DNA from: Tubulanus polymorphus
Lineage: Eukaryota > Animalia > Nemertea
Direction: 5' to 3'
Length of the DNA stretch: 64,000 nucleotides
Assembly: GCF_964204645.1 (NCBI RefSeq)
Contig: NC_134027.1
Coordinates: 18,252,560-18,316,559, forward strand
Part shown: positions 1 through 10,799 of the stretch, piece by piece
How positions within the stretch are numbered: position 1 is the stretch's first letter
Layout of the letters: the number at the start of each line of letters is the position of its first letter
Notes under the pieces: model-generated
The model's input: only the letters and a program-made list of their open reading frames with translations
Database searches by the model: none
Told to the model about the DNA's origin: nothing
Program-made: the position numbers and the translations under genes

Positions 1-395
1 TCTAATTACAAAAGTAGCAATACTTTGAAAGGTTTAATTGGGATAAGTCCAGCTGGTTGTCTGAATTTTGTGTCGCAACTTTACACGGGGTCAATTTCAG
101 GAGTGGTCTCCTAAAAATGCCATTTGACAGGGGTACCCACTTGGTATCCGATAAACCATTCCACCATTTCTAGGTATGAATAGTCAAATGAATGCCGAAG
201 ATGTGTACAATACACAAGCAATTGCTGCCGAGCGTATATGTTGAGCGGCTGATTAATAAGATTAAAAATTTCCATATATTTGACAGTGTTGTCCCTCTCA
301 CACTTGCTGGTTCGATCAATCAACTATGGTCGAGTTGTGCGCTTCTCACTTTGTTTCAGAACCCAATAATTTCCCAAGAAGTTAAGAAAACCTAA
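1..395 (+). pseudogene. C-terminal part of a Harbinger/ISL2EU-type DDE_Tnp_4 transposase, frameshifted and partly deleted
   Basis: Translates to SNYKSSNTLKGLIGISPAGCLNFVSQLYTGSIS ... IPPFLG..QM..EDV..TQAIAAERI / VERLINKIKNFHIF...INQLW...LTLFQNPII, which are typical DDE_Tnp_4 motifs. The ADRGF segment is missing. Confidence 0.8.
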
Positions 396-558
396 GGCTT
401 ATAATCTGTATTCAACTTTTGTGTATTTCTGTACAAATTGTATATGTCATTTATATGATATTCCATGTTTACAAAATAAATTCGATGAATGATTGATAGA
501 ATAAAATTAGTATTTATACATCATACATGTGTATTGTGTTATTGCGGTAGCAAAAAAT

Positions 559-1393
559 TCAAGCATCATTTGCATCAAACCTATTTTTCACAATATATGG
601 AGCTAGATGAGTTAAATAAAAGATTGAAATTTTATCCAACATTTCATCCCAAAATTGTTGATGAAATGGAATCCTTTGAATTGACATACCCTTCTTGGTG
701 TATATGACAAAATCACGAAAGTCCAAGCCGCATACACCCATTTGTCCTTGAATCTGGCTATAATAATGGTGTGATGTTTTCAATTGTATTTTGCCATCTA
801 TAAGATTACAATAAAATTCCTTTTCTCCTGCGGGTAACATCTTTGAACGAATATGGACATTTTATTTCGAGAAGACCGTAACTCTGGGTATCAGCAACTA
901 TTATCTTCCCATCCGGAGTTGCACCCAGCCAACTGAAAGATCGATTCATCGCTAACCCACATGGTAAAACATCTACATGTTTCCCAGAATTAGCCATATA
1001 GTTTCTATACTTTGACAGAGCAAAAGGTTCATTGTCAATGCCATATTGTATGGCAGCAATGGAACTCAAGTCTTTTTTCGTTATAAGAGATGATAGAAAT
1101 TTCTCTGTTGGAGCTGCTTTTCGATTCAGTACTAAACCAAAATTACTCGCAGTCAGTCTGTACTGTCTTTCGTTGAACCAAAGAGAACTATCTCGCTGCA
1201 TTCTGGTCTCATGTTCCAATTTAATAACATACTGTGGACACGGGTCAATCATGTCGATTAAAGGTTGTAAGTCATTAGAAATATTGCAACTTGGTTTATA
1301 ATCACTTCTTTTCATTGGCATATCAGGAAATATTCTCGGGTTAAAAGGTGTCGACTTTTTGGTTTCAGAAAAACTAACATATACTTCGAAATC
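559..1393 (-). pseudogene. 3' half of a SWIM-YqaJ (lambda-exonuclease-like PD-(D/E)XK) gene of the ISL2EU-type element; frameshift near 830
   Basis: Motifs WFNERQYRLTASNFG, YGIDNE, LGATPDG, LLEIKCPY and YYSQIQGQMGV. The gene is convergent with the transposase. Confidence 0.85.
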
Positions 1394-1791
1394 AGTAATA
1401 GGGATAATAGGCTTTCAGATCAAAGGTCGAAGGGTCGAGCTCGTAAAAAAATGAAAATAACAATAATTTACAGTTAAATTAGTCGCGCACTCTCCTAATT
1501 CAACTGTAAATTATTATTATTTTCATTTTTTACTCACTCGCCCCTTCAACCTTTAACCTGAAAGCCTATTATCCCTATTACTATTAAAATAATCATATAC
1601 ATGAATAACATTTAAATTGACAGATTATTCAATATAAAAGTGTAAGCTCTTATAGAATAGATATATAGATATATTTTAAACATTATTTCAATATTCATAT
1701 TTGTATGAGTTAGATTTTTAAACATTAAAAGTGTTAGTAAAGTGTGATTGAAATAATTCATATTTAAATCATTGAACTTCTAAAATCAATT
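1394..1791 (+). repeat. Left TIR; the outer 189 nt (1394-1582) form an imperfect hairpin
   Basis: Reverse complement of 16964-17356. Internally AGTAATAGGGATAATAGGCTTTCAG pairs with CTGAAAGCCTATTATCCCTATTACT. Confidence 0.95.
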
Positions 1792-1814
1792 TAGTAAAAA
1801 AATATGTATAATAA

Positions 1815-2468
1815 ATAGAATCAGAACAACTACAAACTATCAATATTACAAATAACACTGGTGTCATAAACATATACTACAAGAAGTGTTCTAAATGTGA
1901 AATAGATAAATTAGCTATAACAGAATTTAATAAGCGTAAGATTAGCAAAGATGGTTTTCAATATTGCTGTAAAACTTGTACTAAACTATATACCAAACAA
2001 TATCGAGAAGATAATAGAGAAGCTTTTAATGATTATATGACAGAATATATGAGAGAAAGATATCAAACAGATCTTAATTTTAGATTAAAACAATGTTTAA
2101 GATCTAGATTAACACAATTATTCAACAAAGAAACGCATTCAGAAACACTATCTAATTTATTGGGTTGTTCAGATGAATTTTTCATATCATGGATAATATA
2201 TCAATTCGACGATAAAATGAATATAGATAATTATGGTGAATACTTTCATATTGATCACGTGTTGCCGATTTCTAAATTTAACATGAATGATGAATACAAT
2301 AAAAAACTTATTTGGAATTGGAAGAATTTAAGACCTTTAGAAAAGAAGGAAAATATAATTGAATCTAACAAACTAGATTTACAGTTATATTTAGATCAAT
2401 TGGATAAAGCAAAGACATTTGTTGAATTATGGAATTCAACACATAATGAAAAATACGTTGAAGCTTAA
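1815..2468 (+). CDS. NCLDV-type HNH-like endonuclease with N-terminal CxxC pairs; start codon mutated ATG>ATA at 1815 (ORF track starts at 2037)
   Basis: HIDHVLPISKF...NLRPLEKKENI. Frame is open from 1815 and aligns with the ATG-initiated homologue at 31254-31976 (MESKQPQIINITNN). Confidence 0.75.
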   Translation: MESEQLQTINITNNTGVINIYYKKCSKCEIDKLAITEFNKRKISKDGFQYCCKTCTKLYTKQYREDNREAFNDYMTEYMRERYQTDLNFRLKQCLRSRLTQLFNKETHSETLSNLLGCSDEFFISWIIYQFDDKMNIDNYGEYFHIDHVLPISKFNMNDEYNKKLIWNWKNLRPLEKKENIIESNKLDLQLYLDQLDKAKTFVELWNSTHNEKYVEA

Positions 2469-2850
2469 ACGCTTAGAAAACCGGTTACTCTCGATCTATG
2501 TCAAACCGCCTATATTTAATTGTATTAGGTTGCTTACTACTGAAACATATGTTGCCAAATATATCTTGTTTTCAATTCTAAAGAATTAATTAACTTCATC
2601 ACAAAGGAACATCTGTTACAATCCAGGCAAATATGTGCAGAAATAATTAGTTTGGTCGAACGTGCGCCACGTCGGCAGTTAGAAATCAAATTTCACATAC
2701 ATAGTACGTATTGGATATTCTCTCTCAAAACACAGTTTACAGTTCTAAATCTAAATGTAAGTACCGTTTTTTGTAGTTATTATGAAGTAGGGAAACCTTT
2801 AAACATATTTAAGTACAGTAATTCATTTTCACGACATCTTTTAGATTAAA

Positions 2851-3126
2851 ATGGAATACAGAGATCGACCAGAAATTCCAAGTCAACCATCGGAAGAGGA
2901 TCCAGAAACGATGGATAGTGAAATACAGGAATCAATAGAAATGGAGGATGAAACTCTCGTAATTGACGAACAAACTTCACAAAAATTACAAGAACATTTG
3001 GATTATCATCAAGAAATGGTGAAAATTCTGAGTGATGTAATACATAATAAACAATTACCGCGCGAACTACAATTACCAAAATTACCAGCAACGCGACTTA
3101 AATTGCTGTTGGGAATCGAAAACTAA
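2851..3126 (+). CDS. Acidic hypothetical protein (91 aa)
   Basis: Open ORF starting in TAAAATG. A degenerate, possibly related region lies near 32200-32410. Confidence 0.55.
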   Translation: MEYRDRPEIPSQPSEEDPETMDSEIQESIEMEDETLVIDEQTSQKLQEHLDYHQEMVKILSDVIHNKQLPRELQLPKLPATRLKLLLGIEN

Positions 3127-3130
3127 GAAA

Positions 3131-3310
3131 ATGAGTGGAGATATCAGTGCCGGTTTTGAAAGAAAACTGAGAAGAGTAGGTAGATTAATAAAATATGAAA
3201 AATTCAAAATATTAGGATTAGCATTTAGTGAAGTAGTCAGATATTTACCAGAAATTGAAGAAATGATTGGAAACAATCCAGTAATTAAAGAATTCTTGAC
3301 AAAATTATAA
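3131..3310 (+). CDS. Small hypothetical protein (59 aa, MSGDISAGF...KEFLTKL)
   Basis: Open frame read manually, immediately downstream of the 91-aa ORF. Confidence 0.4.
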   Translation: MSGDISAGFERKLRRVGRLIKYEKFKILGLAFSEVVRYLPEIEEMIGNNPVIKEFLTKL

Positions 3311-3383
3311 ATTATAACACTGAAGGTCTTTGTAATATAGATATCAAAAATGTAATCTCGATTGTATATATCTGTTTTAATAT

Positions 3384-3587
3384 TGTATTGATTACTGTTA
3401 ACTGTGTATTGCGCAATAACCGGTCCGATTGGACCGCTTTTCTATTGTTCTCCATTGTTCTATTATTGATCGTTGTTAACGGCGGCGGTTGTTCTGTATT
3501 GATTGTTTACTGTTAACTAAGTATTGCGCAATAACCGGTCCGATTGAACCGCTTTTCTATTGTTCTCCATTGTTTTATTATCGATCG
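3384..3587. repeat. Two direct copies of a ~90-bp unit about 112 bp apart
   Basis: GTATTGCGCAATAACCGGTCCGATT(G/A)..CCGCTTTTCTATTGTTCTCCATTG occurs twice. Confidence 0.8.
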
Positions 3588-3997
3588 CTAAAATTTGTAT
3601 AATAAATATATGTGTTTATGAAATAGTAATTCCACCAGTCGTTTCTTTGAATTTATTTTGAGTTTGAGGATTTATTATCGAGGATCCGAAATGACTTATC
3701 TGGACAGTTATAATTACTGCTCCTAATAGATAGACAATAGTAGTGAGATATTAAATCCTAATTTAAATAAAATATAATAAAAAAACAATAACTTCAACTG
3801 CTAGTGAATTCTATTATATTTTTAATATTTTCTTTTCAAAAAGAGAATACTTTATATTTTGAATAGATTCAAATAGAAATTTTTTAAATTCAAATAGCTA
3901 GTATCAGTAGTCAATACTAAAATTCTTTAACTTTAACTATCTAGTATCATTTGAAGAATACTTATAATATTTTTCTTATTAAATTTCTCTAATATCA

Positions 3998-4591
3998 ATG
4001 TCAAAGAAATCGAGTAAGAATAGTATTGATATTGAAAAGACATTAGATGATTTGGGTATAAGTGATAATAAAGATACTGTTGTAACTAATTGTGCTCAAG
4101 TTAATTGTAATATAGATTATGAATACTATTTATATTGTAAACACCATCTTGAATTATTAATTGCTGGTGGAAAATCTAAAGAGTTTTTAACTAAGATAAT
4201 TACTTTTCAAGAATTAGATGCTATGAAACCCGTAAAAAAATATTTTAAGATTTATGAAGAAGCTAGATTAGCTAGAATAAATGATTCTATTTCAGATGGT
4301 ATTGTCAAATGTTATTCAAAATTATGTAACCAGTTAATACCAATTAATGATGAAAATGAATTATATAGTGATTTGAAAAATGACTATTTAGTTATGACTG
4401 AATTACAAAAATGGGTTGGTTATGCTTCATTTCAATTAGGATCGGTTATGAAATTAATTTCTACTGGCGTAATAACATTTTCGAACATCAAGCCTATGGA
4501 ATATAAATCAGGTAAGAACGAAACAGATGTACTACAACCAAACGTCGAAACAGAAAATGAATCAGAACAATTAACTAAAATAAATGAGTGA
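3998..4591 (+). CDS. Conserved hypothetical protein of the element (197 aa)
   Basis: Intact ORF. Close homologue at 30385-30990 (-). Confidence 0.75.
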   Translation: MSKKSSKNSIDIEKTLDDLGISDNKDTVVTNCAQVNCNIDYEYYLYCKHHLELLIAGGKSKEFLTKIITFQELDAMKPVKKYFKIYEEARLARINDSISDGIVKCYSKLCNQLIPINDENELYSDLKNDYLVMTELQKWVGYASFQLGSVMKLISTGVITFSNIKPMEYKSGKNETDVLQPNVETENESEQLTKINE

Positions 4592-4952
4592 TAGCGTTAA
4601 GAAAAAGGTTAGATCTGAAAAACAAATTAAACGGGCAAGAGAATTAGGTAAAAGATCTTCAGAATATAAAAATGCTAAGAAAAAGAAATTAACTGATATA
4701 AATGAATCACAGACTTTATCTGATATTAATTCAAATAATAATCCATCTGATTCTTCTAATGCTGGAAGTAATTATAAATTATATATTACAATTGGATTAG
4801 TAACAGTTATTATATTATCTGGTGTAATATATAATTCAAAATTCAAATCTGATGATAAAGATGATTCCAATGACAATAAACCTATCATACCAGAAAATAA
4901 ATCAAATCATAAAGTCATTGAAACTAAATCTAAATTATTATTAATCGATTAA
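4584..4952 (+). CDS. Single-TM protein with a basic N-terminus (122 aa)
   Basis: Hydrophobic segment LYITIGLVTVIILSGVIY. Homologue at 30038-30388. TAAATG start. Confidence 0.75.
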   Translation: MSDSVKKKVRSEKQIKRARELGKRSSEYKNAKKKKLTDINESQTLSDINSNNNPSDSSNAGSNYKLYITIGLVTVIILSGVIYNSKFKSDDKDDSNDNKPIIPENKSNHKVIETKSKLLLID

Positions 4953-4958
4953 AATGAG

Positions 4959-5566
4959 ATGAAAAAAGAACAATATTTAAGAGAGTTATATTATAACCCA
5001 GAAAGTGAAGTATCATATTCTAACGTTTCAGAATTATGGAATAAAATTAAATCTGATAATGAAAATGGTGATATAAAATATAGTGAATTGAAATCATGGT
5101 TACAAAATCAACCAACATATCAAATCCACAAGAAAATGGATAAAACTTATTTAACAAGAAAAGTTATGGTTTCATATATCGATCAACAATGGCAAGCAGA
5201 TTTAATTGACATGAAGAACTTAGAGGAATACAACAAAGGATATTTCTGTATATTAAATGTTATAGACATATTCAGTAGATACGCATGGTCAATTCCAATC
5301 AAAAATAAAACTGGAATAGAAGTAACAAATGCTTTTAAATCTATATTTAAAGAAGCTATTCCAGATAAGATACAATTTGATGAAGGTAAGGAATTTTATA
5401 ACAAACATTTCAAAAAACTATTATCTGATAACGATGTAGACTATTTTTCAACACACTCAGATAAAAAAAGCATCTATTATAGAAAGATTTAATAAAACAT
5501 TGAAAACTAGAATGTGGAAATATTTTACTGCTAATGAAACATACAAATATATCGATGTATAAGATG
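4959..5566 (+). pseudogene. int: Retroviral-like (rve) DDE integrase, frameshifted and truncated
   Basis: QWQADLIDM, DIFSRYAW and FDEGKEFYN, then a frameshift to IIERFNKTLKTRMWKYF. Similarity to copy C ends near 5566. Confidence 0.92.
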
Positions 5567-5601
5567 CATAGAATCTTTATTATCAATATGCTTATCTGTA
5601 A

Positions 5602-6348
5602 CTATATCACCATGTCGGCGCCATTTTCATTATTATCTTTATTAGTGTTTGCTCCTAATATTTCATTTACAATGTTTGATACTAATTTAATAGCATCGGT
5701 TAAATCTAATTCATCTTTATTAGGTGTTGCTAATAATAAATCTTCATGTAATTCTTTACCATTTACTTTTTGATTTGAAACAAACTTTGTAACATATCTA
5801 AATGGGTGTTCTATAAATTCTTTTAAACCAACACGTTCTATAACATTATTTATATGTACCCTTGTATTCATATGTTTATTCCAATTTGATGGAACGTTTG
5901 AATATCCACCTTTACAATATCCACAATAATTTCTATTTTCACTAACATTTAATATTATTTCATTATTTGATGTAGAAGGTATTACATTATTAGATGTAGA
6001 AGGTATTACATTATTAGATGTAGAGGGTATTACATTATTAGATGTAGAAGGTATTACATTATTAGATGTAGTAGGTATTACATTATTAGATGTAGTAGGT
6101 ATTACATTATTAGATGTAGAAGGTATTACATTATTAGATGTAGAAGGTATTACATTATTATCAATTACATTACTTAAATTATCAACAACACCACTTTTAT
6201 TATTATCGATTTCTATTAGTTTAGTTTTATAAATTTTGAAAATAGGATCAAATATCAAAGCTATATTACAAGGTATTACATAATATAAACCATCATTATT
6301 TTCATGTGTATCGATGTATGGAATATGTTTATATACTTTACCTCCCAT
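5602..6348 (-). CDS. Variable-slot protein with an 8-aa repeat (NNVIPSTS)x8 and a C2H2-like Zn finger
   Basis: 24-bp tandem repeat at ~5965-6160; CGYC...WNKHMNTRVH; TAAATG start. Confidence 0.7.
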   Translation of the reverse strand: MGGKVYKHIPYIDTHENNDGLYYVIPCNIALIFDPIFKIYKTKLIEIDNNKSGVVDNLSNVIDNNVIPSTSNNVIPSTSNNVIPTTSNNVIPTTSNNVIPSTSNNVIPSTSNNVIPSTSNNVIPSTSNNEIILNVSENRNYCGYCKGGYSNVPSNWNKHMNTRVHINNVIERVGLKEFIEHPFRYVTKFVSNQKVNGKELHEDLLLATPNKDELDLTDAIKLVSNIVNEILGANTNKDNNENGADMVI

Positions 6349-6380
6349 TTATTATATAAATTTTAATTAAAGTTAAAATG

Positions 6381-7581
6381 TTAATACGTTACACTATTCA
6401 ATTGAGAATTTACAATATTTAATTGCGCGTCAGATATAATATAAATATGCATTTTGAAATTTAGGCTTCCTTTTTTCTTTGTCATGAATAATTGTATTCC
6501 ATCTTTAGTGTTTTTTAATTTTTTTCCAGAACCATGTAATGAATTATCCTCTGTTGTTCTAAAATCTAACCATAATGCATATTTATTGCCGGTATAATAA
6601 TCAATTTGATTAATATTACAATTTTCAGATGATTTTACTTTTTCATTCATAAAATGTTTTCTAATTTCTGGCCACTGATCTATCATTCTCATTCCTTGAC
6701 AAAATATTTTATTTGCTATTCCTTCGATAATTATTTCTACTTTTGTTATTTCAGGATTATAATACTTATCAACATTTATTGCGCCATTAGTATATGTTGT
6801 TAATATTCTCATTAATTATTTCATCATTTGCATTAATAGTTACAGTTTTAAATTTATCAATATAATCATATAATAATGAAAATCCTTGATTGTATTTAGT
6901 TTGAATTATACTTGAAATATTTTCATCAGTTACTGTATCATATTCTAAACATATATTCGATAATTTATAACTCATATCTTTATTAACGCTAGATATTACA
7001 ATTTCATTTACAGGAGCAAATGTAATTTCGAATATAACGTCTTCTTGAATTGCATATTTATATAAAGGTGCATTATTATTTATCAATTCAAAGTCTAATG
7101 GAATTTTATATTTGCTTCCATATATACCTTTTATCAATTTTTCTATAGCATTAGTTAATATTGCATTATGCGCTTCTGATCTTAATTTATTTTGGTTTTC
7201 TGATTGGATTCCTTGAAATATCATATTATTTCTGTTTTCTTTAGTTAACCATAAATCTTTATAATGCATGAATAAATTATAATCATCTAATGAGAAAACT
7301 GTTTCTGGTCCAATCTTTATAGTTAATTTTTTAATGAAATATCTTCCAACATTATCAACAACATAATTATTATTATTACCAATTACTTTTATATCGGCTG
7401 ATAAATAAATACTATTTGGAACATAAAAAGTATTTTGTGTTAATCGAGGGATTCTAACATATAAAGTTTCATCGGGATTAATATTAGAAGGGTTATGAGT
7501 AATTATATGATGTGATCTTTCTGCTTTAATAACATTAGATATTCTATGATTCTTAGAAGGATTGATATAACTCCCACTCAT
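6381..7581 (-). pseudogene. MCP: Major capsid protein (double jelly-roll inferred), split by a ~45-nt deletion near 6795
   Basis: ITHNPSNINPDETLYVRIPRL, NVGRYFIKKL, LSNICLEYD, KYALWLDFRT.EDNSLHGSG and IISDAQLNI resemble invertebrate PLV/adintovirus capsids. The copy at 49415-50658 retains the deleted FPRRSIK segment. Confidence 0.8.
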
Positions 7582-9024
7582 TTATTTAACAAAAAAATTA
7601 ATTAAAATAATTGCACTTACAACTGTAATTAAAAATAAAATAATATGTTCAGCAGCAAAGTTAATAATGTTTCCTGCAGATTTCAGTATAAAACCAACAA
7701 TTGATGCAATAATTCCTGTTAATGCTGCAGCAGATTTTTTAGATAGTTCCCATAAATATTTTGCTAATTTCTTTAAACCATCCTTAACTCTATCTTGTAT
7801 TGAATTATTATCATTCGGGGGTTTATCCGGTTTATTGGGAGTAGGAGTAGATTTCAAAGCATTTGATATTGCTAAACCAATTGTTGTAAATAACATAGTT
7901 ACAGCTGTTAGAATTGAAAGAATTGTTATTCCTTCAAACTTAAATAATAATTTTATTCTATCTTTTAGTGATATGTCAGAATTTGGTTTTAGTATTAACT
8001 CTTTAACAACAACTTTTAATCTATTAATACAATAATCATATGATTTTAACAATAATTTCATTTTTTCTTTCTGAAATTCTATGTTATATTCTAAATCATC
8101 AATTTCTTTTTCTAAATATGCATTTCTTTTTTTAAATTCAATTTCTTCAATAACTTTAAATTCTCTATCTAATTTTAATTGTTCTAATTCTTTTCTGGTG
8201 TCAAATAATTTATTTTCTAAAGGTTTAATTTTATTATATCTAATATGTTTTTCGCGCGCAATTTTATCGGCTTCATCTCGTATACTTATTATTTCTCTAA
8301 TTGTTTTTTTAGAAAACATACTTAAAGCTTCTATTTCTTGATCTGTTGAATCAAGTAATCCCTTCGGTAAAAGTTTTTCAGTTTGAACTTCAGTGTTTGA
8401 TTTAAGTTTACTAGTTTTGGAAGTTTTATTCTGTTCAGAAGTTGTTTCTGTTTCTGGATTATCTTTGATTGTTTCAAATAATTTATTAATTCTTTGTTTA
8501 ATTACTTTTTCATTTTTACCAATTAATTCTTGTGTTACATCTTCTGGTTCACTACTATTTCTTATTCTATTAATTTTAGATAGGTCTAACCTAAGCGAAG
8601 TTGATTTTGCTAATATTTTGTCTTGAATTTTATAAGAGATGTTAATATAATAATCATCTTTCAATTTATAATAATATTCACCATCTAAAAACTTTAATTC
8701 TTTTACTAAAAGTCTGGCGCCTCTATCATTTATATTATATCCAGAATCTTTAAATACACGTTGAAAATCATACATAAATTCATAATTTTCTATATTTTCT
8801 CTTTCTAAATCTGGATTTAAATTTTCAGTAGGTATTCTCGATCTAGTTCTTCTATCATATTTCTCTGTTGATGGGACTTTAGAACCACTATCTGCTAAAT
8901 TAGAATTATATGTTGTATCATTATCAATATTAGTATCAGCAGTCATATAATCATCATCGTTAGTATTGGCATCATTATTATTTCCCATGTTTTCCATTTC
9001 ATAATCTTCTCCACCTTCTGCCAT
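7582..9024 (-). CDS. 480-aa coiled-coil protein with C-terminal hydrophobic/amphipathic helices (putative virion membrane protein)
   Basis: Acidic N-terminus, long coiled coil, GITILSILTAVTMLFTTIGLAI and GIIASIVGFIL...IILFLITVVSAII. Homologue at 47978-49395. Confidence 0.8.
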   Translation of the reverse strand: MAEGGEDYEMENMGNNNDANTNDDDYMTADTNIDNDTTYNSNLADSGSKVPSTEKYDRRTRSRIPTENLNPDLERENIENYEFMYDFQRVFKDSGYNINDRGARLLVKELKFLDGEYYYKLKDDYYINISYKIQDKILAKSTSLRLDLSKINRIRNSSEPEDVTQELIGKNEKVIKQRINKLFETIKDNPETETTSEQNKTSKTSKLKSNTEVQTEKLLPKGLLDSTDQEIEALSMFSKKTIREIISIRDEADKIAREKHIRYNKIKPLENKLFDTRKELEQLKLDREFKVIEEIEFKKRNAYLEKEIDDLEYNIEFQKEKMKLLLKSYDYCINRLKVVVKELILKPNSDISLKDRIKLLFKFEGITILSILTAVTMLFTTIGLAISNALKSTPTPNKPDKPPNDNNSIQDRVKDGLKKLAKYLWELSKKSAAALTGIIASIVGFILKSAGNIINFAAEHIILFLITVVSAIILINFFVK

Positions 9025-9047
9025 TTACATAATAAAAAAATTAAAAT

Positions 9048-10340
9048 TTAAAATATAATATTCCTCCTATTACAAATTCCTATACAAGTTATAGCTAATT
9101 TAGTATTTTCATGGGATTTATTATCATCATTTAGTTTAATTATTTCATGTTGAATAATATCAGTTTTAATATTTTCTGATGTATTATAATCCGGTTTAGA
9201 ATCATTATTTAATTTAATATTCATAGTTTTAGTTTCTGTTGATTGAATATGTTTTTTATTTTTTTCACCTTCCATTAATTTTGGAGCAGTAATAATCTTT
9301 TTATTTATATCATTCAATCCAAATGAATTATTTATTGTTGCAGTTTTAATTAGATTATTATAACCAATTATATTTCCCATCTTTAATACTAAATCATTAG
9401 AAATAATAAATAGATTAGGGCCTATACAATGATTTAATCTAATATGTGATTTATCTAAATAATTTTTATATCTTACAATGTTTTCCGGAATCGATCTATT
9501 TTTATCATTATGAATTGAATCTTCAAATAATGCTTTGAATTGTTTCTGCGCATCGAATGAAGTGTTATCATTTCCAACTATTGGGGCTCTTGTTTCAACT
9601 TGCGCACCTAAAATACATATCAAATAAGTTCTAATAGATTGATTTATTCTTTGTATACCTGATTTTGTAAAACCTTCACCATTTTCTAAAATGAAATTAA
9701 CCCAACCATTATTATTATCAATTTTATAATTATGATTAGCTCCAATTCTATGCATATAATCAATTCTTTTTATTTCATACTCTTCACCAACACCTTGCAA
9801 TTTACCATGCGCTCTAAAATCGGAATTAATATTTATATTAAATTCATTACATATTTTATAAAACTTAGATAGATTAATATTATTATCCAATTCTTTAAAA
9901 TATTTAGACCCGGGTAAAGGACATTCTAATTCATTTAATATTATTCTGATTTGAAAATATGTGTGAAATCTAAATATTGTGTGAATTAATTTTAAATCAG
10001 AATACTTCAAATTTTTATCTAAGTTATTTAAATGATCATTCCAACTTATTCCACATCCTGTTGTTGCACAATAAACAGCAAAATTTAATTGATTCTGCCA
10101 ATATTTCATATTAGATTTTACTTTATATATATGGTATTCATCTCGAGTAAAAGTAACTTCATATGTATTAAATATATTTTCCATTTTAGAAATAAAAAAC
10201 TGTGATTCAGTAACATAAATTTCTAAATTAGTTAATGAATTTAAAACTACATTTTTATATGTAATATTTTTTTTAAAATCTATTGCAGGAATATTATATT
10301 TAATTGATTTATTATATTGGAAAGCTTTTAGAAACCCCAT
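9048..10340 (-). CDS. Conserved hypothetical PLV protein (430 aa)
   Basis: YWQNQLNFAVYCATTGCGIS. Homologue at 42058-43190 continuing at 47746-47940. Confidence 0.8.
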   Translation of the reverse strand: MGFLKAFQYNKSIKYNIPAIDFKKNITYKNVVLNSLTNLEIYVTESQFFISKMENIFNTYEVTFTRDEYHIYKVKSNMKYWQNQLNFAVYCATTGCGISWNDHLNNLDKNLKYSDLKLIHTIFRFHTYFQIRIILNELECPLPGSKYFKELDNNINLSKFYKICNEFNININSDFRAHGKLQGVGEEYEIKRIDYMHRIGANHNYKIDNNNGWVNFILENGEGFTKSGIQRINQSIRTYLICILGAQVETRAPIVGNDNTSFDAQKQFKALFEDSIHNDKNRSIPENIVRYKNYLDKSHIRLNHCIGPNLFIISNDLVLKMGNIIGYNNLIKTATINNSFGLNDINKKIITAPKLMEGEKNKKHIQSTETKTMNIKLNNDSKPDYNTSENIKTDIIQHEIIKLNDDNKSHENTKLAITCIGICNRRNIIF

Positions 10341-10359
10341 TTATATAATTAAAAAATTG

Positions 10360-10781
10360 ATAATTTATTAATTCTTTTTATAATTTATCCTGTTCTTCAA
10401 CTCTTATATGACCATTTAAATTTATTATATAATTTGATGTATTTTTTAATTCATTAATTTCTTTTATATTAGATTTAATTTTTTCTTTATTACTTTTAAA
10501 GTTTAATTTTGAACTTATACCAGTTAAAACACTTGAACTCAACCCTTGCACACCAATTGATATAGCTAAAGGTGTTAATGGACTGAATATTGCTAAAAAT
10601 GTTATTACAGAACTAATTGTAACTGAACCACTGAAAATAAAATATACATAATTTTACTTTTTAAATATTTTTTCTTTTTTATCTTTAAGTCACTTTCAAA
10701 TTCTAATATTAGTTTTTCTAAATATGTTTTTGATTTAGTTTTATTTATATCATGAGGAATAATATCAATATTATCATCCAT
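10360..10781 (-). pseudogene. Frameshifted protein with hydrophobic segments (~140 aa)
   Basis: MDDNIDIIPHDINK... then, in a shifted frame, SVTISSVITFLAIFSPLTPLAISIGVQG. Homologue at 41608-42040. Confidence 0.65.
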
Positions 10782-10799
10782 TTATTTAGCAAAAAATTA

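Noticed and set aside
559-1321. Phage recombinase indicating prokaryotic origin
   Set aside because: SWIM-YqaJ next to a DDE_Tnp_4 transposase, with an apparent intron, is the eukaryotic ISL2EU arrangement.
1394-1582. Independent MITE at the element ends
   Set aside because: The palindrome is mirrored as part of both TIRs, only the outer ends carry the shared TSD, and it recurs attached to Polinton sequence.
7667-8626. Plus-strand ORFs opposite the 480-aa gene (also 48627-49178, 26647-27000 and 54692-55207)
   Set aside because: Antisense shadows of AT-rich coding sequence.
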